Source: Laetmonice hystrix
Taxonomy: Eukaryota
DNA: 64,000 nucleotides
NCBI GenBank assembly: GCA_965235115.1
Contig: OZ249436.1
Span: forward strand, 16,928,001 to 16,992,000
Reading direction: 5' to 3'
The position numbers and the translations under genes are program-made. Position 1 is the first letter of the stretch. Each line of letters starts with the position of its first letter. The notes beneath the pieces are model-generated. The model made no database searches. It was not told the DNA's origin and was given only the letters and a program-made list of their open reading frames with translations. Positions 62,337 to 64,000 of this stretch are shown here, one piece after another.

Positions 62337-64000
62337 TCACATACCTGACATCCGTAGCTAATTTTGCCACATGCTTTAAACAATATGTTGGCAAGCTTTC
62401 GATGAAAAACTTTTATACATTTGCAGTGAAACTTCAAAAGAATGGGATTTCTTGAATGTTATGCATCTGAAGGACACATTCACTACTAAACACTCTACGC
62501 GCTCTCAAAGGACAGACATTTGTTTAACGTTCCAACTGAGTACGTCTAATGCTTTCTCGTTTGAAACCAGTCTGTTCCGAAAGAACAATCCATTATATGC
62601 GAATCCCATTTGAAGATGAATCTGCCGAAATCTGCCGCCCCCTCTCCGCCACAAACACACACACACACAGTTAGTTACACGTGAGCGACCACGTGCCCCG
62701 TTCTTAGACCAACGTAAACACACTTCTGATGCCGTCAAGCTATTTTTAGAATCATGCCGTCTCCCTTTCTATATCGACATAAGAATGGCGGCTGTCAATG
62801 GTTTGTGTATAAAGATAAAAGCATCACCCTATGCCTACCATTACTGTACATTACCTCAACCCTCGGCCTAGGATTTAACCCATCGCCGTCAGGGGGCGCT
62901 TTGACTGAATGATTTCACTTTGAATTAGGTTGACGTTCTATCATTAATGGTGAATGCCACACCGTATTGTGAAGCGTGCAGATGTCAATCAAATAGCAGG
63001 TCCCTAAGTTTCCTCAAATATTGCTGACATCAGCAACTTACCTTCCGCCTAACAGGTACATCCCATGTACAGTACTCGCCTTATACGTATACTAGCACAT
63101 ACACAACCTCCCAGATATGGTGCCTTATACCTAGCACATACAACCAGAACCTCCCAGATAAGTCCCTTATCTGGCACATACACAACCTCCAAGATAGGTG
63201 CCTTACCTAGCACATATAAACCCAACCTCCCCGACAGGTGTCTTACCTGGTACACACCTAAACTTCAATCAATCTCAACAATTCCACCTTAAATCCTCTT
63301 ATCCTCTCTTAAACAATAGTTTTACTTTTCCGTTCGGTACGACCATATTGCCCTCATGAGCTGCCGTACGTACCATGTGTACGTTAGGGGTAGGCTACAT
63401 GTGTGCACGTAGTGTACTATGTGTACGTAGGGTGCTATGTGTACGTAGTGTACCATGACTGTGTAGGCTACATTAGGGGACGTAGGGTGCTATGTGTACG
63501 TAGGCCTAGGGCACTACCTGTCGTAGGCCTATATCTAAACTTTCACTTCGTTTTGACAGTTGATCCTTATATTTAGTATCCGAGGATGATGGTGTATGCC
63601 ATTAATGACTGTGCACAGTTCTATGATCACCTGTCGATACCTGAGCTGTCATTGACTAGTTGCTGTCTCTGATCACACAGGTAATCTTCTGTTTGATCGG
63701 GTTCCCCCTCCCTGCCCCTGGTCGTCCGACAGTCTGGGATGTGACAGACTCTGGTGCCAGAAATCCTACATGGCGACACCCCACCCTCTACACTCGCCTC
63801 GACAGATGTTCTAAACGTACGATTCCGTGCAGTGATCGTCAATGACACGTGTTGATATGTGGGCGGGTCCCTGATTTAGATCATATGACGTCACTGTTGA
63901 CGTCACAACTACTTCTGTAATCAATGGCGGCGTGACAACCAAACAAGTACTTAACATCTACCGGTCTCAATCTGAAAACTGAATCACCTGTAATCACTCC

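Overview
Animal (probably invertebrate) genomic DNA. The only gene I can support is a minus-strand, intron-rich R7-family regulator of G-protein signalling (DEP-DHEX-GGL-RGS). I hand-spliced 14 phase-compatible GT-AG coding exons between 29215 and base 1, about 516 codons. The gene is partial at both ends: I could not find the start codon or the first DEP exon(s) in 29216-64000, and the last exon runs off base 1. Nearly all ORFs in the supplied track are translations of repeats. The introns hold more than 30 apparently unrelated minisatellites (roughly 24 kb by hand tally), several non-autonomous DNA transposons with TIRs/TSDs and a probable SINE. Two patterns stand out. (1) Three arrays are tandem copies of a real splice acceptor plus the exon start, and a fourth repeat copies a donor; every extra splice site would give a premature stop. 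(2) Several other arrays amplify canonical transcription-factor sites (CRE, NR5A/ERR element, RFX X-box, E-box). The sequence patterns are directly visible; any function is inference. Coordinates and copy numbers were counted by eye and array edges are approximate.
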